Origin: a virus
Taxonomy: Duplodnaviria > Caudoviricetes
Strand: one strand, 5' to 3'
DNA length: 29,202 bases
IMG/VR virus record: IMGVR_UViG_3300033067_000848
Coordinates: 1 to 29,202 of that record
Part shown: positions 17,383-25,248 of the stretch, in pieces
Layout of the letters: the number at the start of each line of letters is the position of its first letter
Numbering within the stretch: position 1 is the first letter of the stretch
The notes under the pieces: generated by a model
The model's input: only the letters and a program-made list of their open reading frames with translations
Database searches by the model: none
What the model was told of the DNA's origin: nothing
Position numbers and translations under genes: made by a program

Positions 17383-18330
17383 ATGTTGACCCCCGCGACG
17401 TTCGCCGAGTACCAAGTCCTGATCGCGCCGTCGTGGCTCTCGAAGCCATGGGGGCGCGCGTGGAATGAGGCCTTCGGATCGCTGAAGGACGTGATCCGTC
17501 AAGGGATCGTCGAGGCGGTGAAGTGCGGGTCGATCTCGAAGTGCCCCGACGACTACCTCGACGCGCATGGATGGGATCGCATGCTCGAGCGGGGGATCGC
17601 CGAGAGCGTCGCAAGCTACCGCGGGCGACTGCTCGAGGCCTTCGACGCGTGGCGATGGTGCGGGACCGACAAGGGGATTGTCGACGAGCTCGAGGCGCTC
17701 GGCTTCACGTCGGCGGTCATCCGGGATCGTGGCATCGCGTGGATCCTCGACCCGCTCGAGGCGCTGAATGGTCGCTTCGTCGACCTCGGCGCCGCGTACG
17801 TGGATCCTTCGTGGATCGATCAGGGCGAATTCGACGCGGGGAACGACTACGCGATCGGCGACCTCGTTCACTGGCAAGGACGGACGTACGTCGCGACGTC
17901 GCCGGCGTTGTCGTCGGCGACGATCTCGGGGACACCTGCTCCGCCCTCGCGCCCGTGGGTCGACGTCTACCGAAGCGCGTTCACACATGACCAGTTTCAG
18001 CCGGGCGAGCATTGGTGCCGCATGTTCGTCGTGATCGATCTTCGAACGAGCGATCCGCTCTTCCTCGACACGTACACCGATCTCGCCGCTGCCTTCCCGA
18101 CCTACACCGCGTGGGATGCCTCGGGGTATTGCTGGGCCTCGAGCGTCTCTCGCAACGTCGCCGACACGATTCGACGCGTCGTGAAGAAGTGGACGCAGAG
18201 CGGCGCCGAGGTCGTCGAGATCGCGCTGCTGCATCGTGGGCGCGTCTTCGGCTTCCCCTACGTCGCGAGCTACACCGATCTCCCCGCCGACACCTTCGGA
18301 TCCCGCGTTGCTAAGCTCGAGGGATGGTGA
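17383..18330 (+). CDS. P2 gpI/Mu gp48-like baseplate wedge protein with an inserted CBM5/12-like module
   Basis: LDAHGWDR...ESVASYRGRL..AFDAWRWCGTDKGI motif; FDAGNDYAIGDLVHWQGRTYVA insert. Confidence 0.75.
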   Translation: MLTPATFAEYQVLIAPSWLSKPWGRAWNEAFGSLKDVIRQGIVEAVKCGSISKCPDDYLDAHGWDRMLERGIAESVASYRGRLLEAFDAWRWCGTDKGIVDELEALGFTSAVIRDRGIAWILDPLEALNGRFVDLGAAYVDPSWIDQGEFDAGNDYAIGDLVHWQGRTYVATSPALSSATISGTPAPPSRPWVDVYRSAFTHDQFQPGEHWCRMFVVIDLRTSDPLFLDTYTDLAAAFPTYTAWDASGYCWASSVSRNVADTIRRVVKKWTQSGAEVVEIALLHRGRVFGFPYVASYTDLPADTFGSRVAKLEGW

Positions 18331-18437
18331 ATCCACGTCTGCTCTCCCGCCTCTTCCTCGCTCTCGTCCCCTTCGTCCTCGGGGTCGCGTGCGCCTTCTT
18401 CCCCGAGGACGAATCGACAGCACGAAGGGATCCCAAC

Positions 18438-18983
18438 ATGCCCGTGAACCTCGCCGCCGAGAGCCCGCTGATCTGGCCGTCTCCGATCGCGGTCCCCGCT
18501 GACAGCGATTCCCCGCTCGCGAGCGGACAGCTTCGAAACACCCTGAAGCAACTCGCCGACCGGACCGATCACCTCGACGCGCGTCGATACCTGAAGAACG
18601 CCTATCAGGTCGACTTCGCCACGAACGCGCTGATCGCGACGCGCACGGCGCCGAGCGCGGTCTGGCTGAACGTGACGGCGGTGCAAGTCCTCGCAAACGT
18701 GAAGGCGGGCGATCTCGTGAAGATCGCCGCGTCGTACGTGCTGAAGAGCGCGGGCGCGGGCGACGTGCGCGCGCGTCTTCGCTACGACGCGACCGCGATC
18801 GCCTCGACGACGCAGGTCTGCACGGGGAGCGAGCTCGTTCTGCACTTCTCGTACATGGGCGTCGCTCCTGCTGACAACGCGTCGGTCCCGATCAGCATCG
18901 AGATCCTTCCCGACGGCGCCGACGACGCGACGCTGAACGGCTTCGGGTACACCTCGGTCGAGGTCTATCACCTCGGGCACTGA
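18438..18983 (+). CDS. Tail fibre-associated protein (alternative upstream start 18324/18327 adds a lipoprotein-like signal)
   Basis: SD GAAGGGA before ATG 18438; LKQLADRTDHL resembles tail-fibre N-terminal anchors; beta-rich C-terminus. Confidence 0.65.
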   Translation: MPVNLAAESPLIWPSPIAVPADSDSPLASGQLRNTLKQLADRTDHLDARRYLKNAYQVDFATNALIATRTAPSAVWLNVTAVQVLANVKAGDLVKIAASYVLKSAGAGDVRARLRYDATAIASTTQVCTGSELVLHFSYMGVAPADNASVPISIEILPDGADDATLNGFGYTSVEVYHLGH

Positions 18984-19016
18984 TTCGAGCTCGAGGAGCT
19001 CGGGAAAGGATCCAAC

Positions 19017-20417
19017 GTGACTTGGCTCGATTCCGTCGAATCGGTCGCCCCGCCGACTCTCGACACCCCTCCCGAGCTCCTCGCCGACACGCGCACGGGC
19101 GCGCCCCCCTTCGACCCGCTCGCGCGTCGTCAACCGATCCCGCGCGGCACGTGGACGGCGGGCGTCTCCTACGAGATCAACGATCTGGTCACCGACGGAT
19201 CGAGCGTCTTCCGGTGCGTGCTCGCGAACGTCGCCGACGCGACGAACGACACGACCCACGCGCGCTACTGGCAACCGTGGGTCACGGCGAGCGTCCCCGG
19301 CCCGCAAGTGATCACGGTGAGCGACGAGAGCGGGATCGAGGCTTGGGATCGGATCCATTCCTCGATTCAGCTCGAGGGAGCGGCTCTCACGGGCCCGAGG
19401 CTCGTCACGATCGAATTCGACGGCGCCGAGGGTCGCTTCTTCGTGATCTCCAACTTCTCGCCGCACGCGCTAACCGTCGCCGACAACTTCGCCGGAAATG
19501 AGATCGTGATCCCCGCGTCCGATCGACGCACGATCTTCGTCGGAACCGACGGGCCCGCGATCTTCGAGGTCTCGACACCCCTTCCGGCGGGTACGGGCGT
19601 TCTGACCGTTGCCTCGGGCGTCGCGTCGGCGAAAACGATCGGCGACGGGATCGGCTTCTCGGGGTCGACGATCATCGGAAGGAGCTCGCCCGCCGTCGAC
19701 CGTTCCGCGCTCTCTCCCGTCGTCTGGTTCAAGGGGGGGCACTACACCCTGTCGAATGGTCAGATCGCGAGCCTGCTCGATCTATCTGGCAACTCGCGAC
19801 ACGCAACGAAGCAGGCGGGAGCAGGATCGCGCACGCGCGCGCTTCGCGTCGTGACGCCCTCGGGGGCGCCCGCATGGACGCTCGAGGTTCCTTTCGTCAC
19901 CCCCTCGTTCGCGTGCCCGAAGATGCTCACGTTCCATACGTGCGTTCGCCGCAAGTGGGATACCGTGACGGCCTACAACGCGTTCTTCGGGATCGTGAAC
20001 GGTCTCACCGACGGCGCGGGTCTCTCGCTGACCGGGGCGACCGCGCAAGATTGGACGTCGGGCGATCTGCTCGTCTTCGGGAACGGGTACCAAAGCGCGC
20101 GAGCTCCTCGAGCGGTGTCGAGCGGCTTCCCTCGCTTCGCTGACAACGAATGGATCGTGATCTCGGGGCGTATCGGAACCTCGCCCCGCATCCTCGCGAA
20201 CGGGTACGCGCCGACGCTTCGCGCTTCGACGACGAGCTCTCAAGCGGGATCGAACTCTTCGGGCGCGCTGTGGATCGGTAGCAACCCGAGCACGTCGGAT
20301 CAGGTCGACACGACAGCGGCGATGGCGGAGCTCGTGATCATCAGCGGCGAGCAGTCCGACGCGAACATGGACGCCCTACACGCCGACCTCGTTCGGGAAT
20401 TGCTCGGCTCGGTCTGA
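19017..20417 (+). CDS. Tail fibre/receptor-binding protein with CBM5/12-like and C-terminal LamG/ConA-like domains
   Basis: SD GAAAGGA; RGTWTAGVSYEINDLVT; WFKG...DLSGNSRHAT...LWIG...MAELVII pattern. Confidence 0.7.
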   Translation: MTWLDSVESVAPPTLDTPPELLADTRTGAPPFDPLARRQPIPRGTWTAGVSYEINDLVTDGSSVFRCVLANVADATNDTTHARYWQPWVTASVPGPQVITVSDESGIEAWDRIHSSIQLEGAALTGPRLVTIEFDGAEGRFFVISNFSPHALTVADNFAGNEIVIPASDRRTIFVGTDGPAIFEVSTPLPAGTGVLTVASGVASAKTIGDGIGFSGSTIIGRSSPAVDRSALSPVVWFKGGHYTLSNGQIASLLDLSGNSRHATKQAGAGSRTRALRVVTPSGAPAWTLEVPFVTPSFACPKMLTFHTCVRRKWDTVTAYNAFFGIVNGLTDGAGLSLTGATAQDWTSGDLLVFGNGYQSARAPRAVSSGFPRFADNEWIVISGRIGTSPRILANGYAPTLRASTTSSQAGSNSSGALWIGSNPSTSDQVDTTAAMAELVIISGEQSDANMDALHADLVRELLGSV

Positions 20418-20422
20418 GCGGC

Positions 20423-20451
20423 TTGTGCACGTTCGGGAGGGGCGATAGCTT
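20423..20451 (+). promoter_or_regulatory. Putative promoter TTGTGC-N17-TAGCTT, 6 nt before holin ATG
   Basis: Fills the 40-nt intergenic gap; sigma70-like geometry. Confidence 0.55.
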
Positions 20452-20457
20452 CGAGGC

Positions 20458-20775
20458 ATGTCCGACCCGATCGCGACCCCGAAGCCCTCGCCCCTCGCCC
20501 TGCTCCTCTCTTCGAGGAAGGCGGCTCTCGGCGCCTTCGTCGCCTTCCTGATCATCCTCTTCGCCACAGGGATCGAGATCGCGATCGTGGTCGCCACGAT
20601 CCGCGGGCGGATGACGCTCGAGGCGGCGATCAATGCGTCCTTCGGATCGCTCTTCGTCGCCGCGTCGGGCGCGATCTCGCTGGCGTGGAAGATCATCGAT
20701 GGGATCACGAAGGAGGACGTCGCCTCGAAGACCGCCCCCGCCGTGATCAACGTCGCCGAGACCCCGAAGGAGTAG
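20458..20775 (+). CDS. Putative holin (two transmembrane segments)
   Basis: 105 aa, SRK followed by a hydrophobic helix, second helix, charged C-terminus; first gene after the tail module. Confidence 0.6.
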   Translation: MSDPIATPKPSPLALLLSSRKAALGAFVAFLIILFATGIEIAIVVATIRGRMTLEAAINASFGSLFVAASGAISLAWKIIDGITKEDVASKTAPAVINVAETPKE

Positions 20776-20779
20776 CGCA

Positions 20780-21286
20780 ATGCCTCGATCGACGATCGCG
20801 TGGGTCGCCCCCGTGCCTCTGATCCTGGTCGCCCTGACGGCGGCGATCTTCGCGTCATGCAACCCGCAACCGAAGACGCCTCGAGCCGAAGACATGCAAG
20901 CCGGGGTGCTCCTCGCCGCGGGCGCGGTGAAGGTCGCGAACGACGCATGCGTGAAGCGCGTCGACGCGATGCGGGTTGCCGCGAACGCGCTCGAGGATCA
21001 GTCGAAGAGGCTCGAGGGTCTGAAGAAGGCGAAGGCCTTGAACGACGATTGCGCGCACGCGACGACGGTCGCGCGCGACGTGCTCGAGGCGGCGGAAGCG
21101 GCGATCACGGGCGGCGAGCTCCTCGCCGACGGGCGCGCGGGTTGCGCGATCGCGAAGGGGCTCGACGCGGCGGGCTCGATCTGCTCGGTCCTTCGGCGGG
21201 AGCAGGCGACGTGCCCGAAGCTCGTCGACGACGCGATCCGCTTCGGGACTCCTCTCGCGGCGATCGCGGTCGGGGGGTGCAAGTGA
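20780..21286 (+). CDS. Cys-rich helical lipoprotein (possible spanin component)
   Basis: Signal peptide ending IFAS-C lipobox; six further Cys; SD AAGGAG. Confidence 0.65.
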   Translation: MPRSTIAWVAPVPLILVALTAAIFASCNPQPKTPRAEDMQAGVLLAAGAVKVANDACVKRVDAMRVAANALEDQSKRLEGLKKAKALNDDCAHATTVARDVLEAAEAAITGGELLADGRAGCAIAKGLDAAGSICSVLRREQATCPKLVDDAIRFGTPLAAIAVGGCK

Positions 21287-21552
21287 GCTCGCCGGCTTGG
21301 CTCGAGGGTCTCGTGAAGGAGCTCGGTCCCGCTGTCGTCGCCGATCTGATCCGCCGAGGTGCGGCGGCGGTCGGCGATCTGCTCGGCGAGCCCGTCGCTC
21401 TCCCGATCCCGTTCCCCGTCGACGCCGCGAAGCTCCTCGACGGCGCGAAGCGCGTGCGCGACCTGATCCCCGATCCGCTCCCGAACGTCGCCGAGGGGAT
21501 CGAGCTCGAGAAGGACATCGCCGACGCGCTGAAGAAGCTCGGGCGCGAGTAG
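21283..21552 (+). CDS. Hypothetical protein (89 aa) in the lysis cassette
   Basis: GTGA overlap with upstream stop; (V)SSPAWLEGLVKELG...ALKKLGRE; normal codon usage. Confidence 0.65.
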   Translation: MSSPAWLEGLVKELGPAVVADLIRRGAAAVGDLLGEPVALPIPFPVDAAKLLDGAKRVRDLIPDPLPNVAEGIELEKDIADALKKLGRE

Positions 21553-21575
21553 GTCGCCGGGCGTACGCTCGGGGG

Positions 21576-22313
21576 ATGACCGAGATCATCGTCCCGAAGG
21601 TCCGAACGATCGTCACGCTCGAGGCGCTGATCGGCGCGTTGCTCGAGCCCTTCGAACGGATCACGGGGAGCCCGCTCGAGGTCGTCGACGGCTCGATCCT
21701 GTACGGCAAGCTCGCGATGGAGTGTGGTCATCCATCGCCGACGCAGGCCTGCTGGAACAACAACATCGGCAACGCGCGCGGGCGTTCGAAGAAGGGGAAG
21801 GCCTTCGCGCTCCCCGGGGCGTGGGAAGCCGTCGACCCGAACGCGATCCCGCGCGGATGGCACATGATCCCGACGCCCGTCGGCGCGGCACTCCCGCCGG
21901 GGAAGGTCGCCGTGCTCGCCGACGATCCGAGTCATCAGCTCTTCCGAGCCTTCGACGATCTCGCCGAGGGCGTCGAGGAGTACCTCGAGCTCCTCGGGAA
22001 GTCCTTCCCCGCGACGCTTCGCGAGCTCGCGCGCATCGGGTCGACGCCCGACGCCTTCGTCGACGCGATGGTCGCCGGTCACTACTTCACGGGCGCGCCG
22101 ACGGTGTACCGCGCGACGGTCGCGAGCATCGCGAAGAGCGTCGCCCCGAAGGTCGCCGAGCTCCTCTCTCGCGCGCGCGCCGAGCTCCCCCCTCACCGCG
22201 AGCACGAAGCCCTCGAGATCCTCGCTCGCCTCGACGACGGGCCCGCTTCACCTCTTCGAGCAGACGAAGGGGAGTACACCGTTCCGCTTTCCCCCGATCC
22301 CTCCTTCGAGTGA
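21576..22313 (+). CDS. Endolysin, GH73/FlgJ glucosaminidase-like
   Basis: LAMECG, WNNNIGN, FRAFDDLAEGVEEYLELL and GHYFTGAPTVY align with GH73 motifs (ESG, NNLFGI, FRxY, YATDPxY). Confidence 0.7.
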   Translation: MTEIIVPKVRTIVTLEALIGALLEPFERITGSPLEVVDGSILYGKLAMECGHPSPTQACWNNNIGNARGRSKKGKAFALPGAWEAVDPNAIPRGWHMIPTPVGAALPPGKVAVLADDPSHQLFRAFDDLAEGVEEYLELLGKSFPATLRELARIGSTPDAFVDAMVAGHYFTGAPTVYRATVASIAKSVAPKVAELLSRARAELPPHREHEALEILARLDDGPASPLRADEGEYTVPLSPDPSFE

Positions 22314-22325
22314 TACCGTCGTCGT

Positions 22326-23048
22326 GTGCCCGCGGATGGAACGACGATCGCTCTCGTGTCGCTCGCTCTCGCGCAGCTGGCAGTCGTCTTCCGCGCGGCG
22401 CAATGGACGGGCGAGAAGAACGAAGAGCTGAAGTCGAAGGCGTCGACGACCGAGATCGAGAAGCTTCGGACCGAGGCGGCGAAGGAGAAGGGCGCGATCG
22501 TCGAGGCGGCGACCGCGGGCGCACGGTCGGCGGTGTCGTCGGCGATCGCTCCCCTGATCGCTGACGAAGCCCGCGAGCTCGAGAAGATCCGCGTCGACGT
22601 GCGTCGCGAGCTCGAGCGCTTCGACGATCACCGCGAGAAGCTTGCCGTGCTCCTCGAGCGAGCGAAGCGCTTTGAAGAGGTCTTCGGGAAGGTCGAGGGT
22701 CTCGACGAAGCGATCACCGCTCTTCGCGACGCGGTGCATGCGTGGTCGCGCGCGGGCGCGAAGCTCGAATGGCGGATCGAGTCGGTCGAGGAAGCCCTTC
22801 GGCGGAAGTTCGGATCGCACCCCCGGGCGTTCGCCGTGCGGGAGGCGCCGAGCGACGTCGGCGCGCCCCCGTACGACCCCGAGGCGACGATCCCCGGCAT
22901 CGGGCAGCACCCCGCCTTCCTCCCGCCGCCTCCCGCCGCCCCGAGGCCTTCGCCGGGCGCGCTGAAGGCTCGTCCCCCGATCCCGCGCGAAGAGCCCGAC
23001 GACAAAAAAGCGAAGCCCCCTGTCCCTCGGGGGGGGGAGGGGGAGTAG
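22326..23048 (+). CDS. Membrane-anchored coiled-coil protein with Pro-rich tail (possible i-spanin-like)
   Basis: N-terminal hydrophobic helix, long E/K/R heptad region, Pro-rich C-terminus; last late gene. Confidence 0.6.
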   Translation: MPADGTTIALVSLALAQLAVVFRAAQWTGEKNEELKSKASTTEIEKLRTEAAKEKGAIVEAATAGARSAVSSAIAPLIADEARELEKIRVDVRRELERFDDHREKLAVLLERAKRFEEVFGKVEGLDEAITALRDAVHAWSRAGAKLEWRIESVEEALRRKFGSHPRAFAVREAPSDVGAPPYDPEATIPGIGQHPAFLPPPPAAPRPSPGALKARPPIPREEPDDKKAKPPVPRGGEGE

Positions 23049-23054
23049 GGGGGC
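23004..23054 (-). terminator. Putative intrinsic terminator of the minus-strand early block
   Basis: On - strand a C-rich/G-rich stem followed by TTCGCTTTTTT, at the convergence of the two operons. Confidence 0.5.
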
Positions 23055-23069
23055 CCCGCGGGAAGGAGA

Positions 23070-23768
23070 CTACTCGGCGCGCTCTCGCTGCAACACCCCC
23101 TTCTTCAACAGGAAGCCGAGCAGATCGGCGCGTTCCTCGATCCCACGAACGAGCGTCGCGGCGAGCGCGTCAGCGAGGCTCGAGCCCGGGAAGCGTGGAT
23201 CGCCGGCGAGCTTCCACAGGATGCGGAGGGCGAGCTCGGCATCGGCATCCGCGCGGTGCGCTTCGCCTTCGTGCGCGAGCCCGAGCCGCCGACCGACGTC
23301 GGCGAGCTTCTTCTTCCCGGGCGCGAATCGTTGGAAGAGCCGACCCCATACGTACGGATCGAGCCATCGGGCGTTCCATCCCATCCACGCGGGCGGCGCG
23401 GCGCCCGGTCTCTCGGCGAACGCCCTGATCGCCTCGCCGGCGAGCATCACCCGATCGAAGTCCGCGTTGTACGCGGCGGGGACTGCTCTCCCGACGGTCT
23501 CGACGAGCCTCGGGAGCGCGTCGACGAAGCGCGGAGCGCCGAAGGTCGCCGCGTCGTCGATCCCGTGGATCTTCGAGGCGGCTTCGGGGATCGGTCGCTC
23601 GGGGTTGATCACGCTCGAGAAGCGGCGAACGAACCGCCCCTCCCGCCCGTCATGCACCCCGACGACGCACGCGACCTCGACGATCCGATGGTGGACGGGA
23701 TCTAGACCCGTCGTCTCGGTATCGAGCATCGCGATCTCAAGCCCGACAAGCCACGGGGGGATCGTCAT
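23070..23768 (-). CDS. DEDDh 3'-5' exonuclease (DnaQ/Pol III epsilon-like)
   Basis: LDTETTGL, SKIHGI, AYNADFD and AHRADADA motifs; SD GGGAGG before ATG 23768. Confidence 0.92.
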   Translation of the reverse strand: MTIPPWLVGLEIAMLDTETTGLDPVHHRIVEVACVVGVHDGREGRFVRRFSSVINPERPIPEAASKIHGIDDAATFGAPRFVDALPRLVETVGRAVPAAYNADFDRVMLAGEAIRAFAERPGAAPPAWMGWNARWLDPYVWGRLFQRFAPGKKKLADVGRRLGLAHEGEAHRADADAELALRILWKLAGDPRFPGSSLADALAATLVRGIEERADLLGFLLKKGVLQRERAE

Positions 23769-24064
23769 GTCGTCGTCCTCCCGCTGAAGTCGAGAAGACG
23801 ATCGAGGATCGAGGACTGCACCTCGACGACGACCGAGCCTCGCTCGATCAGTCCGAGCCGTTCCGCCTTCGCGACCCTCGACTCGATCGCTGCCTTCATG
23901 GTCTCGAAGGTCGAAGACCTGACGCACTTGTTCGCGAAGCTCGCGAGCGCCTCGGCGATCTCGGCCTGAAGGTAGGCGCGAGCCTCGAGCTCGAGCTCGT
24001 CGCCGGTCGCGCGCACGTTGATCGCGTTGGCGCGCGTGGACTCGATCAGGATGCGGGTCGTCAT
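23765..24064 (-). CDS. Hypothetical protein (99 aa)
   Basis: ATGA overlaps at both ends; SD GGAAGG. Confidence 0.6.
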   Translation of the reverse strand: MTTRILIESTRANAINVRATGDELELEARAYLQAEIAEALASFANKCVRSSTFETMKAAIESRVAKAERLGLIERGSVVVEVQSSILDRLLDFSGRTTT

Positions 24065-24279
24065 GGGCACCTTCCAAAGGTGCAGCGCGGCGAGGACACG
24101 AGATCGAACGCGTTCCCGACGGCTACCGTCGCCGAGTCGACGTGAACGAGCATCGTGCACCGATCGGGGATCCGAAGCTCGAAGACCTGACGACCCCGAG
24201 GGATCGAGAGCGCGTCGAGGAGATCGCGCCACGCCGATCCATCGAGCTCGAGCTCACACGAGACCGTTGCCGAATTCAT
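24061..24279 (-). CDS. Hypothetical protein (72 aa, MNSATV...)
   Basis: ATGA overlap with upstream gene; SD GGGGGAG. Confidence 0.55.
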   Translation of the reverse strand: MNSATVSCELELDGSAWRDLLDALSIPRGRQVFELRIPDRCTMLVHVDSATVAVGNAFDLVSSPRCTFGRCP

Positions 24280-24743
24280 CGCTCCCCCCTTCGTGCCTCG
24301 AAGATCCAAGCCTCGCCGACGTCGGGGAGACCCGACCCCGAAGGCCATTCGATCGAGAAGTACCCCCCGCTGAATTCGATCGTGACGAGAGATCGCTCGT
24401 CGCGAACGACGGCCGATCTCACCTTCCCGACCATGCGAAGTCGAGAGAGCTTCTTCCGCGCGCGCGACTTCGGAGGGGCGATCTCGTACGCCCCCCGCTC
24501 GGCTCGGCGAACGAGCCCGCGAAGAGCAAGCGACCCGATCAGAGTCGTGGTCTTCCGCCTCGCCTCGAGCTCGTCGAGGTCGGGGTACACGAAGGGCGCG
24601 ATCGCGGGGATGCGTGCGCCCGGGTTGCGGCGAACGAAGTCGAGGGCGCGATCGGTGCGCGCTCCCCGCTCCGCAAGGTCTCGATCGGCGCCCCCGAGCA
24701 AGCGATCACGATCGAACGGCGGCGCGCTCGGAACCGTGCTCAC
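24276..24743 (-). CDS. Winged-helix DNA-binding protein with small beta-rich C-terminal domain
   Basis: ALDFVRRNPGARIPAIA...LIGSLALRGLVRRAERGAYEI wHTH pattern; GTGA overlap. Confidence 0.6.
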   Translation of the reverse strand: MSTVPSAPPFDRDRLLGGADRDLAERGARTDRALDFVRRNPGARIPAIAPFVYPDLDELEARRKTTTLIGSLALRGLVRRAERGAYEIAPPKSRARKKLSRLRMVGKVRSAVVRDERSLVTIEFSGGYFSIEWPSGSGLPDVGEAWIFEARRGER

Positions 24744-24862
24744 TTGCGCGCCCCCTTCCTCGCCGGCTTCTTCGGCGCGCGAGCCCGCTTCTCGTCGGGG
24801 CGCCCGTCGGCGAAGACAGCGCGGTAGCGGCTCGAGGTGCGGGAGCGATGGAAGCGCGCCAT
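24740..24862 (-). CDS. Small basic protein (40 aa)
   Basis: SD GAGGAG before ATG; stop overlaps next start. Confidence 0.45.
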   Translation of the reverse strand: MARFHRSRTSSRYRAVFADGRPDEKRARAPKKPARKGARK

Positions 24863-24864
24863 GA

Positions 24865-25068
24865 TCAGCACTCCTCGATCGTGACGATCGCCGACTCGAA
24901 GAGCTCGGCGAGCTCGAGGGCTTCCTTCGCCTGCTTCTCGAATTGGCTTGCGACCCGAGGGATCGCACACACGCACGCATCATAGGTGTACTGATCGGCG
25001 GCGATGCGAAGTGAGCTCGCGATCAGCCACGCTTTGCTCGTCGTCAGGATCGTTCGTTCGGTTGCCAT
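24865..25068 (-). CDS. Hypothetical protein (67 aa, MATERT...)
   Basis: SD GAGGAG; helical sequence. Confidence 0.6.
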   Translation of the reverse strand: MATERTILTTSKAWLIASSLRIAADQYTYDACVCAIPRVASQFEKQAKEALELAELFESAIVTIEEC

Positions 25069-25248
25069 GCTCAGCTCCTCTCGAGGCCTCGAAGGTGAAG
25101 CGCTCGCCCGTCGCCCCCTCCCGAGGAGAAGGCGACGTGCCAGCGGATCAGCGTCGGGTGAAGGCGAGGATCGACGCGTTGACGGCTTCTCGGCGATCGG
25201 GGCACCTGTCACCGTCGTCGCCGCTACCGTCGGCGACGCGTTGGACGA

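Noticed and set aside
15202-18696. 1164-aa minus-strand ORF, and similar long antisense ORFs such as 3758..5710, 9033..10808 and 2176..3564
   Set aside because: Arg-rich shadow frames antisense to well-supported structural genes; expected in very high GC DNA; no motifs
9321-20417. Interpretation as a stand-alone contractile injection system or tailocin
   Set aside because: Portal, protease and capsid genes are present and intact in the same operon
22642-22965. Possible Rz1-like o-spanin nested in the TM coiled-coil gene
   Set aside because: No hydrophobic signal peptide or lipobox in the alternative frames
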